Shown here: positions 7,367 through 11,072 of the stretch, in pieces
How the letters are laid out: every line of letters starts with the position of its first letter
How positions within the stretch are numbered: position 1 is the stretch's first letter
Translations under genes and position numbers: made by a program
The notes under the pieces: generated by a model
Seen by the model: only the letters and a program-made list of their open reading frames with translations
What the model was told of the DNA's origin: nothing
Databases searched by the model: none
Assembly: GCA_019058015.1 (NCBI GenBank)
Contig: JAHLWH010000021.1
Location: 1-11,072, forward strand
Reading direction: 5' to 3'
Length of the DNA stretch: 11,072 nucleotides
DNA from: Promethearchaeota archaeon
GTDB lineage: Archaea > Asgardarchaeota > Lokiarchaeia > Sigyniarchaeales > SOKP01

Positions 7367-8716
7367 TTAAAATTCCTTTAGACTATCTCTCTTTTTCATA
7401 TGTTTAATTGCTTGAATTGAATAAATTATACTTGTGATAATTGCATGGATACAAATTGAAAATACTATATATTCAAAATGACCTAGAATTCCAAAAATTA
7501 AGATATGAAGAGTATAAATATTTCTCCTTCCATCAAATCTTCGAAATAATTGATCAAATCTACTACTATCCGCCAAAGTTATCTTCATTACTTCTTTATA
7601 TTGCATTGAACAATGACGATTAAATGAATCTGCAAGTAACATCACTATTAATATAATAATAACATAAAATTGGTTTATAATAAAGTAAGAACCAAGACCT
7701 ATTCCTGCGTAAATTGCTTGTTCGTATAATTGATCAAAAGAATGTTCAATATGTCCAACAAGACTTTCTTTATTTTTTAAACGAGCAAGTTTTCCATCTA
7801 CACCATCAAAAATATTTATAAATATCATTAAAATAAGTCCAATCCACCAGTTTTGTGTTAAAAACAAAAATACAGTTATATATCCTAAACAATTTACGAA
7901 ATATGTTATATGATTAGCGGTAATCTTGGATTCAGCAAATAAATAAACAAAAAGATTTTCGAAATATCTATTGAAGTACCAGGCAACTAAATCTAATGTG
8001 CCTTTTTGAGTTCTTTTAACAAGTAGCTTTTTAGCGGATTTAAAATCTTCTTTATTTCGAAATAAATTGATATAAAGAGGAAGATTTCTTCTCATATCTG
8101 GCTGATATGTAGCAATTTCATCCGAAGAATGATATATCGCTTTATTTAATGATAGGGAATTGAAAAAATTCTCAAAAGAATTTATATTATCTTGAAAAAT
8201 ATTATCAAAATGTTCAAGTTTTATTTTACCAGTTAAAATTTTCCATTGATTCTCGTTATTATAATTTGAATGAATGTTATCTCCTTTAGTATAAATAATC
8301 TCTTCATGAGAAAATAAAGAAGAAACTATTCTATTATCTATAAAAACTCCACCATCTAAAATAATTGCATAGTCTAAGTCCAAATTAATTAATTTTTCTT
8401 GAGTTGCGTATTCTTTAAGCTCACGAACCGATTTAATCATTATTACATCTTTAAATTTCAATTTATTAAATTCAAATGTATGATTCAAATTTTTTAAATC
8501 ATTAGAAAGAATAAAAATAGATTTTATTCCATTTTTTATAAGTACACTAAGATTTCTATCCAAAATTGTCATGCCACATAATTTTTTTAGATAAAACAGC
8601 TGATCCTCAAAATAAAATGGATTATTAGGTAGAAAAATTAATCCTATTAAATTATCATAATTTCGAGCAGTTGATTTAATTTGAATTAAATCTTGTTGTA
8701 TTTTATTATTCCTCAT
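7367..8716 (-). CDS. CDP-alcohol phosphotransferase family membrane protein with an N-terminal degenerate nucleotidyltransferase-like domain
   Basis: C-terminal half: ITANHIT, FDGVDGKLARLKNKESLVGHIEHSFD and several hydrophobic TM segments. N-terminal half: KLCGMTILDRNL..L.KNGIKSIFI and IILDG, but no LAAGxGxR loop. Confidence 0.85.
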   Translation of the reverse strand: MRNNKIQQDLIQIKSTARNYDNLIGLIFLPNNPFYFEDQLFYLKKLCGMTILDRNLSVLIKNGIKSIFILSNDLKNLNHTFEFNKLKFKDVIMIKSVRELKEYATQEKLINLDLDYAIILDGGVFIDNRIVSSLFSHEEIIYTKGDNIHSNYNNENQWKILTGKIKLEHFDNIFQDNINSFENFFNSLSLNKAIYHSSDEIATYQPDMRRNLPLYINLFRNKEDFKSAKKLLVKRTQKGTLDLVAWYFNRYFENLFVYLFAESKITANHITYFVNCLGYITVFLFLTQNWWIGLILMIFINIFDGVDGKLARLKNKESLVGHIEHSFDQLYEQAIYAGIGLGSYFIINQFYVIIILIVMLLADSFNRHCSMQYKEVMKITLADSSRFDQLFRRFDGRRNIYTLHILIFGILGHFEYIVFSICIHAIITSIIYSIQAIKHMKKRDSLKEF

Positions 8717-8735
8717 ATCTCTTTTTCTTTCTTAA

Positions 8736-9527
8736 TTAGGAAATAATATCTAAAGGATCTAAACCAAATGGATATAAATTAGAAGAATTATTAAATAGTC
8801 TTTTTAATCGAGAATAAATCGCATAATTATCTACATCCAACCAAATCATATGGGGAAAATCAAAATAGCCTACATTTGAATCTGATTCAATTGCTGAAAG
8901 AACCACATCTGTAACACCAAATTTTTGAAAATTTGATTCTATAGTTTGGGAAATGTTCCGAATAATTTTTGTCTTTAATGTAAATACTCCCATATCAAGT
9001 CGATTATAATTAATTATCTCTTTTCCAATATCAATAATAAAAGAATTATTTCCATATACCTTGGTAGCATCATCTAAATCATAATATCCCTCTCTTAGTA
9101 TAGGATCTGTGGCTAAAAGAACATCATATCCTTTATAGTGAATTATTAACCGAGAAAAAATATTTTTCGAAAATATATGATCCGCCATTGATAATAGAAC
9201 GTATTCAGAGGATATTTTATTTAGACCTAGTAGAAGGCTATAACCGTTTTCCCTTTCTGGAAATTTATTTTCAATTAAATTTAATTTAAAATTTTTTAAC
9301 TCTATTCCAGATTTTTTTATTGATTTTAATATAAAATGCTTGTAATTTGATTTATTTGAGATTCTATTTGTTACAATATTGATTTTTTTAATTCCAGTTT
9401 TAATCATTCCAGCAATAATATAACTCAAAATATTTGAATTATTTAACTTTAAAAGGTATTTTTTGAATGCCTTATTCATTGAATTAAATCGACTAGAATA
9501 ACCTGCTGCGAGGATTAAACCATCCAT
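8736..9527 (-). CDS. Sugar/polyol-phosphate cytidylyltransferase, IPCT (inositol-1-phosphate cytidylyltransferase)-like
   Basis: GLILAAGYSSRF, PERENGYSLL, LSMADHIFS, DLDDATKV, IGKEI..Y..LDMGVF and WLDVD parallel the IPCT domain of archaeal IPCT/DIPPS. Confidence 0.85.
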   Translation of the reverse strand: MDGLILAAGYSSRFNSMNKAFKKYLLKLNNSNILSYIIAGMIKTGIKKINIVTNRISNKSNYKHFILKSIKKSGIELKNFKLNLIENKFPERENGYSLLLGLNKISSEYVLLSMADHIFSKNIFSRLIIHYKGYDVLLATDPILREGYYDLDDATKVYGNNSFIIDIGKEIINYNRLDMGVFTLKTKIIRNISQTIESNFQKFGVTDVVLSAIESDSNVGYFDFPHMIWLDVDNYAIYSRLKRLFNNSSNLYPFGLDPLDIIS

Positions 9528-10001
9528 TTTTCCACTCTTCCTTTTTAAATTTGTTGGGAGATTCTAAAATTTTCTTTAATTGATTATTTGCTCTAAAAAA
9601 TTTTTAAATTCTTAGAAAGTAATTTTTATTAAATTTTTTGACCCATTAAGTTAATTAATTAAATATCATACCAATTTTAAAATCATGAACGAAGATATTG
9701 GAGATTTTTAAAAAATTCTTATAACTTCTTGGGGTATTAAATTTTTTAATAATGAAGTATATATCTTCTTTAATTAAATGTTTTTTCATAAAATAAGTAT
9801 TTATTTATATAAATGAAAGGAAAAAAAATTAATTACTAATTTTAGAAAAGGGAAAATTTTTAAAAATCATAACAAAGATAGTTAAATTTCAAATCTTAAG
9901 CCGATAAATTATTTAGAATTAAAGATCTTTTTCTTCTGAAAATACTTTGAAATAATGATAATGCAATTTTATATAATTTACATTAAATGTATTTTTTGAT
10001 T

Positions 10002-11072
10002 TCAGAAATCAACTTTGATGGTATAAATTAATTGAAGAGTTGCATAATGATTTGCTAATCCAAGAGATTGGACTTTCTCCAAAATACCTCCCACTCTATA
10101 ACCGCGAGACATATTCCACATGTCTTCGTATGCCTCGGTTCTAGAACCACACTTTAAAACAAATATTCTGCCCTCAGGATATAAAATGATTTTATCAAGA
10201 TGATCTACTCCAGGTAATTCATGACCTCCTCCATGAGGGACCATATTAAGGTTTAAAAGGTAATCATATACCCATTCTTCAATTGATCTTGAACCGAAAC
10301 ATTCTTCGATTTTTTCTGAAGAAAGATTCTTTTTACCTTTAACTAGATAAGCTCTATCAATTAATGAGATCACGGAAACTTCTTCCTCATCAACAACATC
10401 ACAGCCAATGATCACTTCATTAAGTCCCTTTAAATCACAGTGGTTATGGTTTGTTATTGTCTCACCATCAAAAATCTCTTCAAAGACAATCTGCCGTTTT
10501 CTTTTAGAAAAGTCGCTCGCATACTTGCAACAGTTCTTATATTCTCTTGCATCTTTTCCTCGCAAAATGCGTGTTTTACCAAAGGGTGTTTCTATTTCTT
10601 CAGCTTTTTCTCGAATAAAATCTTTTAATCGATTCCGCATTTTATTTGAAGATGTGTGTAAAACTACAACATTTTTCGGCAAATCTAGGGCTTTGTAATT
10701 TTTAACATCATATAATTTTAAGAAATGGCTTCCCGGCCAAAAATAAGATCTTTCTATCTCTAAATTATCGATTTCATACTTTTTTTCTCTCATTTCATAT
10801 AAGGTACTCAATATTCTCTCAAGACTTGGATCTTCTTCTACTGCACCGACTAACATACCACAAAAGTCAATTTCCAAGTCCGCTAGAACAAAATCATACG
10901 TATTATCTCCCCACATAAACCTTGCTCCTTCAGGAATTCCTCTACGAAATTTGTTAGAAGATGTTTGGAAAGTGAAATCAGGTGCACCGACAACTATCGC
11001 TCGCTTTTTGTACCCCAACTTTTCTTGAATAGAATGTACATTGGCAATGAACCACTTTGCATTCTCCTTACC
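10002..11072 (-). CDS. Divergent RtcB-superfamily protein (putative RNA ligase); 5' end beyond the window
   Basis: The frame stays open from the track's TTG at 11018 to the edge (GKENAKWFIANVHSIQEKLGYKK...). Ordered RtcB-like motifs: APD, GIPEG, DFCGM, GSHFL, LHTSS, HNH, PHGGG, C-terminal IK. Confidence 0.7.
   Translation of the reverse strand, partial: GKENAKWFIANVHSIQEKLGYKKRAIVVGAPDFTFQTSSNKFRRGIPEGARFMWGDNTYDFVLADLEIDFCGMLVGAVEEDPSLERILSTLYEMREKKYEIDNLEIERSYFWPGSHFLKLYDVKNYKALDLPKNVVVLHTSSNKMRNRLKDFIREKAEEIETPFGKTRILRGKDAREYKNCCKYASDFSKRKRQIVFEEIFDGETITNHNHCDLKGLNEVIIGCDVVDEEEVSVISLIDRAYLVKGKKNLSSEKIEECFGSRSIEEWVYDYLLNLNMVPHGGGHELPGVDHLDKIILYPEGRIFVLKCGSRTEAYEDMWNMSRGYRVGGILEKVQSLGLANHYATLQLIYTIKVDF

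Noticed and set aside
7441-7623. 60-aa + strand ORF
   Set aside because: Antisense to the CDP-alcohol transferase gene.
9528-10001. 474-bp intergenic region as a hidden gene, ncRNA or CRISPR array
   Set aside because: Extremely AT-rich, with no credible ORF, GC-rich stem or periodic repeats visible by eye.
9978-10004. Selenocysteine readthrough of the RtcB-like TGA
   Set aside because: The TGA follows the expected C-terminal Lys motif, a TAA follows seven codons later, and no SECIS-like hairpin was seen.
10408-10698. Two + strand ORFs (96 and 62 aa)
   Set aside because: Antisense shadows of the RtcB-like gene.

Overview
AT-rich archaeal chromosomal window, most likely Asgard/Lokiarchaeia (inferred from a profilin-like gene plus archaeal-type information-processing genes). 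Left (- strand): the conserved proteasome/exosome cluster psmA-SBDS-rrp4-rrp41; rrp41 runs off the left edge and is missing from the ORF track. A profilin-like gene lies upstream of psmA, head-to-head with a DUF2110-like gene. Centre: four tRNA genes (Val-TAC, Ser-GCT, Ser-TGA, Lys-CTT) around an atypical JAB/MPN-domain gene. tRNA-Lys(CTT) carries a 30-nt non-canonical intron in the T-loop (59/60) with a recognisable bulge-helix-bulge. Right: an M32 carboxypeptidase, an IPCT-like nucleotidyltransferase next to a two-domain CDP-alcohol phosphotransferase, and a compact, highly divergent RtcB-like protein open at the right edge. No CRISPR array, transposase or integrase was seen. All family assignments come from motif recognition by eye, not database searches.
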